Assembly: GCA_963765765.1 (NCBI GenBank)
Contig: CAVXYC010000020.1
Coordinates: 1 to 64,000, forward strand
Length of the DNA: 64,000 bases
Direction: 5' to 3'
Source: an uncultured Chloroflexia bacterium
GTDB lineage: Bacteria; Chloroflexota; UBA6077; JACCZL01
Below are positions 21,074 to 30,788 of the stretch, piece after piece; the first letter of the stretch is position 1; every line of letters starts with the position of its first letter. The notes below the pieces were generated by a model. It searched no databases. It saw only the letters and a program-made list of their open reading frames with translations, and had not been told where the DNA came from. The position numbers were made by a program, and so were the translations under genes.

Positions 21074-21523
21074 TTAGCTGAAACGCTTAGCGTTCGCGGG
21101 TGCAACGTTTTCCGGCGGCTGGAGTACAATCGCGCCCTTATCGCATGCGGATTCGCACAAGAAGCACGAGACGCACGTCTTCGGGTTGGTGAGCTTGGCG
21201 GTTTTCAGCCACGGTGTCTCAGGATCACCTTCCAGGCTCAAGCACTCGAATGGACAGATATCGACGCAGTAGTTGCAACCGGAACAGATCTCGTCGGTGA
21301 CGACAGGCTTCGCCCATTCGGTCCTCCGGACCTTTTGAGCTAGATCACCGAACGAATCGAGGATCGCATCGTACGGGCATGCCCGACCGCATGCGCCGCA
21401 GTCGATACAAATTTGCGGGTCAATGAAGTAGAGCTCCTTCTTGACACCGTTGATTGCATCCACAGGACACACAATTTCACAGGCGGAGCAGCCGATACAC
21501 TTCTCGGTAATGAAGAACGCCAT
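21074..21523 (-). CDS. 4Fe-4S polyferredoxin (four cluster motifs)
   Basis: CIGCSACEIVCP, CIDCGACGRACP, CSGCNYCVDICP, CVSCFLCESAC. Confidence 0.92.
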   Translation of the reverse strand: MAFFITEKCIGCSACEIVCPVDAINGVKKELYFIDPQICIDCGACGRACPYDAILDSFGDLAQKVRRTEWAKPVVTDEICSGCNYCVDICPFECLSLEGDPETPWLKTAKLTNPKTCVSCFLCESACDKGAIVLQPPENVAPANAKRFS

Positions 21524-21641
21524 CGCTGCTAGTTATTCTCCCTTGAGTACACTGCCGTACAGTGAGAGTATATCAACCTGTCGGCGACCAACGTCGAAAG
21601 CGCATCGATCGCTGAGTTGAAGGGATTGGAGAGCCGAAATC

Positions 21642-22490
21642 GTGCCGAGTATCGGTGCCCACGTGAAGGGCGGAATAAAGGGCGGAGTTGCTCACGCGCG
21701 CGAAATCGGCGCCCAGTCAATGCAAGTGTTCGTCGGCTCACCCCAGATGTGGGGGACGCCTAAATATCTCGACGAGGACATCGCCGCGTTCCGTGATGGC
21801 GTTGCCGATCAGAAGCTCGGGCCCGTATTCGTGCACGGGATATACCTGGTCAACCTCGCCTCGGGAAATGAGGCCGTCTACGGTAGGTCAGTCACTGCAC
21901 TTCGCTCGCAGCTCAATTGGTCCGATCGCATCGGAGCTGAGGGCCTCATCTTCCATCCCGGCTCTGCACTGTCGGATAGCTACGAGGTTGCCCTTGGTCG
22001 CGTCGTTGCTGCGCTCAGTGCAGTGCTAGATGGATATGAGGGAAGCACACGAATTCTCCTTGAGGTGTGTGCGGGGCAAGGGCAGACCATCGGAGATCAG
22101 TTCGAGGAGCTTGCCGACATCATCCACGCGCTAGACGACGATCCCAGGCTGGGTGTGTGCTGGGATACCTGCCACCTATTCAACGCCGGGTTCGACATCT
22201 CCACTGAAGAGGGACTAAACGAGACAATCGATTCATTCGAGCGAATTGTCGGTTTCGATCGGCTGGACGCGATTCACGCCAATGACTCGAAGACCGCGCT
22301 CGGCGCCCGCGTTGACCGGCACGAGAACATCGGGCTCGGACACATTGGCGAGGAAGCTTTTGAGCGCATGCTCAATCACCCCCAACTCCGAGACCTTCCA
22401 TGGATGCTGGAGGTTCCCGGCATGGAGAAAAAGGGACCGGACGCGGAGAACATCAAGGTCCTCAGGCGGCTTGCGGGGTTGAAGATCTAG
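21642..22490 (+). CDS. nfo: Endonuclease IV (AP endonuclease)
   Basis: IGAHV, VHGIYLVNLAS, FHPGS, WDTCHLF, HANDSK, DRHENIG. Confidence 0.93.
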   Translation: MPSIGAHVKGGIKGGVAHAREIGAQSMQVFVGSPQMWGTPKYLDEDIAAFRDGVADQKLGPVFVHGIYLVNLASGNEAVYGRSVTALRSQLNWSDRIGAEGLIFHPGSALSDSYEVALGRVVAALSAVLDGYEGSTRILLEVCAGQGQTIGDQFEELADIIHALDDDPRLGVCWDTCHLFNAGFDISTEEGLNETIDSFERIVGFDRLDAIHANDSKTALGARVDRHENIGLGHIGEEAFERMLNHPQLRDLPWMLEVPGMEKKGPDAENIKVLRRLAGLKI

Positions 22491-22504
22491 GGACGCCCGC
22501 GGGG

Positions 22505-24901
22505 TCAAGGCATCAGACCCATCGCCCGCCAGAACGGCACGCTGACAAGTACGCCAACGAGTATGGCGGCGGCGTAGACAATGGCGATCGGGCGGATCTG
22601 TTCATGAGAAAAGAGTCGGCCGTCGACGCCACTGTAGAGCGCGAGATAGATCGTGCTCTGGTAAGGCAAGATCCAAAGGTTCGTCGCGGTCAGGGCGATG
22701 ATGCCAATGACAAATGGGTTGATCCCAATTGCCGCCGCCGGCGGGCTCATGACAAGGGTGAAAAGCACCGAGGCTGCCTGCCACCGCACCACAAACGACA
22801 TCAGAATGCCGACCCCCGCAAATCCAAGAAGGAAGAGAGTCGGCACACCAGCGAGCGGTGCAAGAAGCTGCGACATCGTTTCGCCCATCCACGTATCGAC
22901 TTTGAGCGTTGTGAATACTTCTCCGAGACTCGTGATCGCACCGAAGAAAATGACGAAGCTCCAATTAATGCCGTTTCGGAAGCTGTTCGTATCTACGATC
23001 CCGAGACTGCCCAGTACCAGTAGGCCTGCGCCTGCGATCCAGGCGGCATTGATCTTGTGCCACGGTTCCGTCACCAGGCCGACAATCAGCATCACCATGA
23101 CCACCGCGGAGATCCACTCGGCTGATGAAGGCTTCCCAAGCGCCTCAGTCTGCGCGCGCAGGAGCTGATTGCTCACTTCGATGCGTGCGCCATCGCGGAA
23201 CTTCCAGATTGCCGCCGCCAGCGTAATGACAAAGAGCGTTGCATGAAGCGGCAGCGCACCGATGAGCCACGGGAGAAACGAGAATTGTGCCTGGACTTCT
23301 GCCGGGAGCACACTGTGGACGAGTAGGCCACTGGACGTACCAGTCAGGAACAACGTGCCCATCAGGCCGAACCCCAGGAGCGTGGCGATGCCAATGATGA
23401 CCGAGCTCGTCCCTCTTCTCGCCAGGCCAAACGCGTCCACCATCTCTAACCCAACGGGCGCGGATAGAGCCATTCGACTCGTCGCGTTCGGCATCGATGG
23501 AGTGAAGAGCAGCCCGGCTGCGGCCAGCGTGAGCGATTGGGCAACGAGATTTCGGGGAGCCCGGTTGGCGAGCGATAACACAGCTCGATAGAGCAGCCCA
23601 GTCTTGCCGATGCCAACCCCGATGCCCAGGATGGCGAGCACCACGAACCAGGTGGTATTCGCAAAGCCCGAAAGCGCAACGCGAGCCGGCACCAGTCCCA
23701 ATCCGGCCCAGCCCACGATGAGAAACACGGCCACAAGGTGATCCGCGATCACTTCAAGAACCATGAGCGGCACGCTCGCCGCCAGGATCGCCAGGGCAAG
23801 CTGACCCTCGCGACTAAGCCCGGGAGGCGGCGGCGGTAGAGCAATCAGCGCAAAAAGCGCGATTGCCAGGCCGATGCCCCACTGATTTTTCCGCGAAAGC
23901 GTAACGAATCCGCGCTTCTTCACTACGTCTGCGGCAACATTCTCGACAAAGCTGGCATTTATCAATTCGAGACGCGGCTCGTTTTTGAGTGCCGCTGACG
24001 GAACAGTGCGGAGCCACTGTCGGAGTGATGTCCTATCGGCATCAGAAAGCGTTCCGTTGGCCGTCTCTAGGAGACGTACCACTTCGCTCCACATCTCAGC
24101 CGCTCCATAGTGACGTGCGGCCGAGGGCGTGTCTCCCTCGCTCTCACGAGCCTGAGCGATGATTCTGTGTACATCGCGAAGCTCATCCACCGAGGCAGTG
24201 CTCACCAGCTCCGCATTCAGCGCATCGCGGAGTGGACGCATCATCACGCCGCTACCTGAACCCAGAGACACGAGCGACGGCTCTTCGGCCAGCAATTGCA
24301 ATGCAGCTTGGAGGCGATCACCCCCTAGCGCGGCTATGACACCGGCGGACAACGATTCTGCAAGCGAGGCATGTCGCAGGGCCTGCCGAGCGTCGGGATC
24401 GATGAGCTCAAGTCGGCGGTTAATCATCGAGCGCAGCGTGCTTGAGAGCTCTGCTATTGCCCGATTACGCGCCTGGAGACGTTCTCCGAGCGCCAGATTG
24501 AGGCGACGACCGAACTCGGGATAGAGCCCGGCAAGCTGGCGATACCGCGCCTGGGTCAGATACAGCGCCATGACGGTCGTTCGGGCGACCAATCCGGCAC
24601 CGCCCTCCATTACACCTCCGAGCGCCACCTCCCCGAAGGTATCACCCGGCTCAAGCATGGCAACGGATTCAGCCGAGCCATCTGCACGCTCAGTGACAAT
24701 GTCCGCGATTCCTTCGCACAGGATCAACAGACCATCGGCGTGACTACCGACCGGAACCATGACTTCGCCTGGTTCGTAGAGTCGTGCCTCTACCGCGCTG
24801 ACCAGCTTTGCGAGCTCAACGGAAGGGAGCCCCTTGAACAGCGGGGCGGCGGCGATGGCTCGATTGACGTCGTGGTCGGCTTTGATCATTGGACGAGGCA
24901 A
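22505..24901 (-). CDS. cNMP-binding domain + MalT-like helical segment + SLC13/DASS anion transporter fusion
   Basis: PLFKGL..LEPGDTFGEVAL; a central helical region; C-terminal TM domain with GLSREGQLALAI, MPNATSR, INWSFVIFFG, PYQSTIY. Confidence 0.85.
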   Translation of the reverse strand: MPRPMIKADHDVNRAIAAAPLFKGLPSVELAKLVSAVEARLYEPGEVMVPVGSHADGLLILCEGIADIVTERADGSAESVAMLEPGDTFGEVALGGVMEGGAGLVARTTVMALYLTQARYRQLAGLYPEFGRRLNLALGERLQARNRAIAELSSTLRSMINRRLELIDPDARQALRHASLAESLSAGVIAALGGDRLQAALQLLAEEPSLVSLGSGSGVMMRPLRDALNAELVSTASVDELRDVHRIIAQARESEGDTPSAARHYGAAEMWSEVVRLLETANGTLSDADRTSLRQWLRTVPSAALKNEPRLELINASFVENVAADVVKKRGFVTLSRKNQWGIGLAIALFALIALPPPPPGLSREGQLALAILAASVPLMVLEVIADHLVAVFLIVGWAGLGLVPARVALSGFANTTWFVVLAILGIGVGIGKTGLLYRAVLSLANRAPRNLVAQSLTLAAAGLLFTPSMPNATSRMALSAPVGLEMVDAFGLARRGTSSVIIGIATLLGFGLMGTLFLTGTSSGLLVHSVLPAEVQAQFSFLPWLIGALPLHATLFVITLAAAIWKFRDGARIEVSNQLLRAQTEALGKPSSAEWISAVVMVMLIVGLVTEPWHKINAAWIAGAGLLVLGSLGIVDTNSFRNGINWSFVIFFGAITSLGEVFTTLKVDTWMGETMSQLLAPLAGVPTLFLLGFAGVGILMSFVVRWQAASVLFTLVMSPPAAAIGINPFVIGIIALTATNLWILPYQSTIYLALYSGVDGRLFSHEQIRPIAIVYAAAILVGVLVSVPFWRAMGLMP

Positions 24902-25044
24902 GAATACATCAGGGCCGCTGCCCTGTGGAAAGCAACGGCCCTGTAGCCCGTGGCAGGACAGCCGCCTTGAGCTGTCTTGCGCCTATGCTAGTGGCGATAG
25001 AGACGGACAGCGATAAAAAACTGTCCGTCCTGCACTCGCCCGGT

Positions 25045-26444
25045 TTATTTCACGGCGGCCGCGAGCGACTCCGGAATTGGCTTGTCCACCTTGACTGGCT
25101 TCACGTGCGAAGCGGTGAGATGCTCCGTGTCGACGACGTTCAGTTTGTCCATCAGGAACTCAAACTTGTCCTGGATCAGCGCGCCCATCTGGGCACGAGT
25201 GTCCGTGGGGAGGTCCCAGGTCTGCTGCTTGAATGGGCCCCATGCCTTCTTGCGCGTCTTGTAGATAAACTGCTCGTCCGTTTCGCCTTCAACCGCCTCG
25301 TCTGCGCACGCCTCACGCAGATACTTGTAGATGTCCTGCTTGAGGTCTTCGGGGAACGCGCCGCCGTCAAAGAGAATGTTCTGGAACTCAGTGGCGAGGT
25401 GCACTTCCAGACAGTCCTGCTGAGGGAACTTGTCAAAGGCCTCAGCCTGGGAGTGTGGACGCACCGTGCTGCACCGCTCCGCCCATACCCTTCGTTCGGG
25501 CAACCGCGGAGAGCTCCTTGAGCGTATCGAAGTCAAGCTTGACTTGCGCTATGGAGCCGTCAGGCAGAACAACGCCGCCGTGGCTCGTTCCGGTCTGGAC
25601 GCTGATCTTGCTCAAGCCGCGAGCCTTGCCCGTCAAGCTCGGAGAATACGCGCTCAAAGCCATCGGCATAGGCGTTGAGCTCATCAGGCGTGCTGTTCTT
25701 CTTGCCGACTTCACCGATCTCGCCGCCGGTGCTAATGGTCACGCCGTTCGGCTCGAGATCACGAACCAGCTTGGCCAGCTCAGCACAGCGCTCATAGTTC
25801 GTCCGCTGCTGCTCATCCAGTGTTGGGAAGCTCAAGTCAACCAGCGTGGACGTATCGATGTCGATATTGAAGAACCCAGCGCTCACGGCTTCGCGGATGA
25901 GCTTGCGTAGTCCTTCGATCTCGCCCTCGGGGTCCTTGCCATAGTTCTTGGCACTCGCCTGGAAATGGTCGCCCTGAATGAAAATCGCGCCCGTGTGGCC
26001 TTCTTTGATGGAAGCCGCCGTGACAACCGTGGCGTACTCGTCTGGCTTCTGGTGTGTGTAGCCCATTTCAGACTTGGCCAGCTCAAAGATAAATGGACCA
26101 ACCTTCTTGGCATGCGCCGCGCGCACCAGTGCGCGAGACACGTCCCACGCCATGGCGCGGACGTTGACCGCGGGAACCGTCGCGGACGCATACTCTCCGC
26201 GCTGCCGGGCCTGGTAAAGACCGTCGATGCTGGCGGGTTGTACGCCAACTTCCCAGGCAGCCTGCCAGATAATCCACCGCGCCGCGTCCTTGACCTCTTC
26301 AGAACCAAACACCGCGGCATAGACCAGCCGATCGATCACCGTGCTTCGAAGCTGCGCCGCGTCAGTGACCTTCACGGCGGCCCCGTTAATCTCAAGGCAC
26401 GAGCGAACGTCGTTGAGCAACTCGGAGAGCGACCCGTAGCCCAT
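25045..26444 (-). CDS. Class II fructose-bisphosphate aldolase-like protein (frameshifted)
   Basis: AGGAGG RBS, MGYGSL; [67 protein letters not shown]. Confidence 0.85.
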
Positions 26445-26585
26445 GGAAACCTCCTGTAGAACCGCTATTACTGTCCACAGTACTAGGCGCGCATACGCCG
26501 AAGCAAACAGTTGAAGAAATCTCAACCGTTCAACCGCGCTTATGTCAAACCACAAGCTGTTCCGCGCCTGCGCCAGTCTTTAGAA

Positions 26586-26683
26586 TGACTCCATCGTCCT
26601 TTGGGAGAGGACACGGCGAGGGTCGACAGATATCCCAATCGCGAGCCCCTCACCCAACACCCTCCAAAAGGGCGATAGAGTCA
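26586..26683. repeat. Imperfect palindromic (REP/MITE-like) element
   Basis: tgactccatcgtcctttgggagagg ... ccctccaaaagggcgatagagtca, with an internal cccctcaccc. Confidence 0.6.
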
Positions 26684-26732
26684 ATGGCTGGGCGGAAGCG
26701 GGGGGCACTCGATCGCTGGATATAATCTATCC

Positions 26733-27204
26733 GTGACCCTCCCCCTTCACCCGAACACGATCGCCGCCTGCGAACGAATGGATGCCGGGGAATCCTCGAG
26801 GCCGATGCGAGGAATCACCATCGACGAGGCTCCTGTTCGGCATTGCGCAGTTCAACAGGCGCGATTTTTTTCCATGTCACGAAACGCTCGAGGCCATGTG
26901 GCTGGAAGAGTCCGACGATGTGCGCTATCTGTACCAGGGCATCCTCCAGGTTGGGGTGGGGTATCTGCACCTCATGCGAGCAAACCATCACGGGGCCGTG
27001 ACAAAGCTGCACTCTGGTTGCGCGCTCCTGGACTACTTCAAGCCAAGCTGCATGGGGGTTCAAGTCAGCTCGTTGTTAACGACGGCACGAGCGCATCTTG
27101 AGCTCCTTCAGGAACTGGGCCCCGAGCGACTCTCAGAGTTCGATCTCGAGGACATTCCAACCATCACGGTCTTATCGGGATCCGGAGGCGAGGCACGGAC
27201 GTGA
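26733..27204 (+). CDS. DUF309 domain protein (5' frameshift)
   Basis: GIAQFNRRDFFPCHETLEAMW..LYQGILQVGVGYLH..NHHGA; TATAAT at 26721. Confidence 0.8.
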
Positions 27205-27686
27205 CCGGGAAGCGCAAGCTCTTCTGGATTCGGCTGGTCTATGGTGCATTCCTGGTCTGGCTATCGTGGGATATTCAGGGGTCAATAAAGGAGACCGCGG
27301 CGATCTTCAGCGAGACCGGGCATTGGTCCGGTTGGCCCGTCATCGGCGGTCTCAGCGCGCTGGAGCTCACGTTCTGGACGTACATCGTACTGTTCGTTCT
27401 TGGCATTTTCTTGATGGGCGGACTGCTCGTACGCATTCTCAGCTTCGTGACAGTCGTGCTAGCGCTGACGTCATTCGGCGTCTTTGGATTCAATAGCTGG
27501 TTCACCCACACGCTGGTACTTCTTGGAGCCCTCGTCATCCTGATTCGCGGAGGCGGCGCCGGAACGATGGACTCGGCGCTTGGCGCCATGCAACGGCGCT
27601 CACTTGAGCGAGAGGCAGAGCGCGAGGCTGTCAGGCAGGCCGAGAAGGCGTTGAAGGAGCAAGACGCATCCGGCGCTAACGCGTGA
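27201..27686 (+). CDS. Membrane protein (about 4 TM, loosely DoxX-like)
   Basis: Hydrophobic helices and GGGAGTMDS; GTGA overlaps with both neighbours. Confidence 0.7.
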   Translation: MTGKRKLFWIRLVYGAFLVWLSWDIQGSIKETAAIFSETGHWSGWPVIGGLSALELTFWTYIVLFVLGIFLMGGLLVRILSFVTVVLALTSFGVFGFNSWFTHTLVLLGALVILIRGGGAGTMDSALGAMQRRSLEREAEREAVRQAEKALKEQDASGANA

Positions 27687-28663
27687 GCCTGGACGTCACT
27701 TCACGCGACCCGCTGGGCGTGCTGAGCACAACACTCTCAGTCGTGGAGCAGGCTAGCTCGGTACGTATAGAGCCGCCCAAATTCCCAGGCGTTGCTGAAT
27801 CTCTTCGCTCGTCTCCACCAGCCACACCAGAGTGGCGCGCCCCTCCTCACTGGTGGTCCGACGACCCAGCTCTCACGACCATGTACGTCCTGGTGTTGGA
27901 TGCGCTGAACTTCTGTTTCTGGGGCGAGCCGCGCTGGACGGTAACAACAACGGCTGAGGAAATCAACGGGTACTTCGCGCTGGCCGCGGCGCTTACAAAG
28001 AGCATCGAGCGAGGCGATCCGCTGCTCGATGCTTCCTGGCTTTCGTCGGTGAGCACAGAAATGCTCCGAGTCGTGCTGGACGGAAACAATCTGCTCCCAC
28101 TGCTCGACGAGCGCGCCGCAAATCTACGCGAGCTGGGAGCGGCGATTCAGACCGATCTGGCTGGCAATCCCTTGCAGTTGATCACCGATGCTCAAGGGGA
28201 CGCGACCGGCATCGCGGACCGAGTCATCCGAATCTGTCCGTCCTTCAATGACGTTGCGAACTTCGACGGACAGGAGGTGCGGTTCTTCAAGCGTGCCCAG
28301 ATCCTCGCCAGCGACCTCGCGGGCGCACTCGGACCATCGTCGCCCTACGCGATCACGGGTCTGGAGAAGCTCACCGCGTTCGCCGACTACAAGGTGCCGC
28401 AGGTGCTGCGTGAGCTCGGGCTGCTCTCTTATGCGCCCAGACTGGCCGGAAAAATCGATCATCAGATCGAGATTTCGCCCGGCTCTCGCGAAGAGATGGA
28501 GATTCGCGCCGCCACTATCTGGGCGGTGGAATCTCTCCGCCTGGAGTTGGCCAACCAGGGAGCGTCATATGACGCCTACGAGATCGACTGGCTCCTCTGG
28601 AACATCGGCCAGTCGCTCGAGAGTCCCCGCCCGTACCACCGCACGCGAACGATTTACTACTAG
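27683..28663 (+). CDS. qng1: Queuosine nucleotide N-glycosylase (DUF2419 / Q_salvage)
   Basis: VLDALNFCFW, GYFALAAAL, FFKRAQIL, LTAFADYKVPQVL, EMEIRA, IDWLLW, PYHRTRTIYY. Confidence 0.92.
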   Translation: MSLDVTSRDPLGVLSTTLSVVEQASSVRIEPPKFPGVAESLRSSPPATPEWRAPPHWWSDDPALTTMYVLVLDALNFCFWGEPRWTVTTTAEEINGYFALAAALTKSIERGDPLLDASWLSSVSTEMLRVVLDGNNLLPLLDERAANLRELGAAIQTDLAGNPLQLITDAQGDATGIADRVIRICPSFNDVANFDGQEVRFFKRAQILASDLAGALGPSSPYAITGLEKLTAFADYKVPQVLRELGLLSYAPRLAGKIDHQIEISPGSREEMEIRAATIWAVESLRLELANQGASYDAYEIDWLLWNIGQSLESPRPYHRTRTIYY

Positions 28664-28716
28664 CGTCCCTCCGGTGGCGCGGGTCTCCGTACCCGCCAGG
28701 ACCGGAAGGGACGCTA
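28661..28716. terminator. Hairpin between convergent genes with an internal GGTG-type REP-like palindrome
   Basis: TAGCGTCCCT-CCGGT ... ACCGGA-AGGGACGCTA enclosing ggcgcgggtctccgtacccgcc. Confidence 0.55.
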
Positions 28717-28724
28717 ATACACGC

Positions 28725-29328
28725 CTACAGCGGCTTGCCCCAATGATCGCGGAAGCTCACCTCCGCCGGTGCTTTCCTGGTCAGCGGTCCGAAATTTTTC
28801 ACCGGATATCCCATCGGAATGAGCGCATAGGTGTCCACGTTCTCCGGGATACCCAGAATCTCCTTGATCTGCGTCTCTCGATGCTGGTGAATCGTGGTCA
28901 AGACCGTTCCCAGGCCAAAGGACCGCGCCGCTAGCATCAGGTTCTGCACAGCAGGATAAATCGACGCGCCAGTCGTTCGTTTCGCGGGCTCGCTGCCTGG
29001 TTCGTTCTCCATGCAGACAAGAATGAGCACCGGCGGCTCAGTCCCCATCGTGTCAGGGAGGTGACTGGGCCCGCGCGATGGCCCGGTTGGTCGGCCCGGA
29101 AGCGGCCGATAGTAGAAGGATCTCACGGTACTCATTCCCGATTTTTGCGCGGACTTCGGGGTCGGTGATGACGACAAAGCGCCATTTCTGTGAGTTGGAC
29201 CCGCTTGGCGCTCGTACGGCAGCATCTAGCACCTTTTCGATCAGCTCATCCGGTACCGGGTCACCGGTGAACTCTCGGTGCGAGCGGTTTGTATACATTA
29301 CGTCGAAGATATCGCGCGTTTCACTCAT
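28725..29328 (-). CDS. Nitroreductase family protein (one frameshift)
   Basis: NRSHREF..RAPSGSNSQKWRFVVI; ASIYPAVQNLMLAARSFGLGT; IPMGYP. Confidence 0.88.
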
Positions 29329-29532
29329 GTTTCATGCTCCAACGGGTTCGCCTGCATCGTAGGTGAGAGCACGGTCTCGCGTCGAGAATCGCTCCGCGGC
29401 ACGGACCCCTTACGCCTGGGACGCTCCGCTTGTCCTTGCACTTGGGATGGTGCGCAGGACGGGGCTTGTCTACGGACAAGCCCCCGCGCTACCGCCTATG
29501 AGTCCGCGGCGAGCGGGTACCATTGCTCTGAG

Positions 29533-30787
29533 ATGAAGGCCGTGTCACTCGAGATCTTGAGCACTGACACCACGAGCGCCGCTCGCCGAGGTATCCTGCA
29601 TACCCCCCATGGGGACATTCAGACACCCGGCCTTCATTCCCGTTGGCACGCAGGCGGCGATCAAGGGAGTCACTCCCGCGGAGCTACTGAATGCTGGCGC
29701 TGACGCAGTTCTGGCGAACACCTACCACCTCTACCTGCGTCCTGGATCGGAGCTCATAGCTCAGCTCGGGGGGCTCCATCAGTTCATGGCCTGGGATGGC
29801 CCAATTTTCACGGATAGCGGCGGCTACCAGGTGTTTAGCCTGGGCTTCGGCATCGAACATGGCATCGGCAAGCAGGTGGGCATGTTTCCGGATGAGCCGA
29901 GTGACGGACTGGGCGGACCGCGCAAGCCGGGTCAGCGACCGAAGCTCACAAAGGTCGATGACGATGGCGTTGGGTTCACCAGTCACATTGACGGCTCCCG
30001 TCATCGGCTGACTCCCGAGAGCTCGATAAGGATCCAGGAGCAGCTTGGCGCGGACATCATCCTCGCCTTCGATGAGCCCACCTCTCCGCTGCACGACGAA
30101 CGCTATACCCGACGGGCGATGGAGCGGACGCATCGGTGGGCCCAGCAGTGCATCGAGGCGCGCACGCGCTCGGATCAGGCGCTCTACGGAATTGTTCAGG
30201 GGGGCGCCTTCGCGGAGTTACGTAAAGCTAGCGCAGATGTTATCGGGAGCCTGCCGTTCGATGGCTACGCCATTGGCGGCTCCCTGGGCCGGACAAAGCG
30301 CGACATGGACCACGTGCTGGCCTGGAGCATATCGAGCCTGCCGTCATCTGCGCCGCGACACATGCTTGGCATTGGCGAGCCCGACGATTTGTTTACCTGC
30401 GTAAAGCGCGGTATCGACACGTTCGATTGTGTGGCGCCCACGCGTCACGCACGACACGGCGTGCTCTACACCGCGACGGGACGACTCAACATTGTCTCCG
30501 CCAAGTTCCGTGACGACGATCGCCCAGTCGAATCCGGCTGCGAGTGTTACTGCTGTCGTGAGTTCTCACGGGCCTATCTCTGCCATCTGTTCCGTGCCAA
30601 AGAGCTGCTGGCCTACACGCTGGCGTCGATTCACAACCTGCACACGATTCTGGGATTGATGCAACGCATCCGAGCAGCCATTGTCCGCGGCGAGCTTGCT
30701 GAGCTCGAAAATACGACGATCGACGCCTATCGCAACCACACTGAGGGCGCCCTACCCTGGGGCGCCGCAATGGTCCAGGAGGGCTGA
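29533..30787 (+). CDS. tgt: tRNA-guanine(34) transglycosylase (5' frameshift)
   Basis: ARRGILHTPHG, PVGTQAAIK, LANTYHL, TDSGGYQVFSL, GIVQGG, FDCVAPTR, CECYCC..HNL zinc site. Confidence 0.95.
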
Positions 30788-30788
30788 G

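Noticed and set aside
29461-29532. preQ1 riboswitch upstream of tgt
   Set aside because: The hairpin ggggcttgtc-tacg-gacaagcccc is GC-rich and REP-like and lacks the A-rich tail and loop consensus of preQ1-I.
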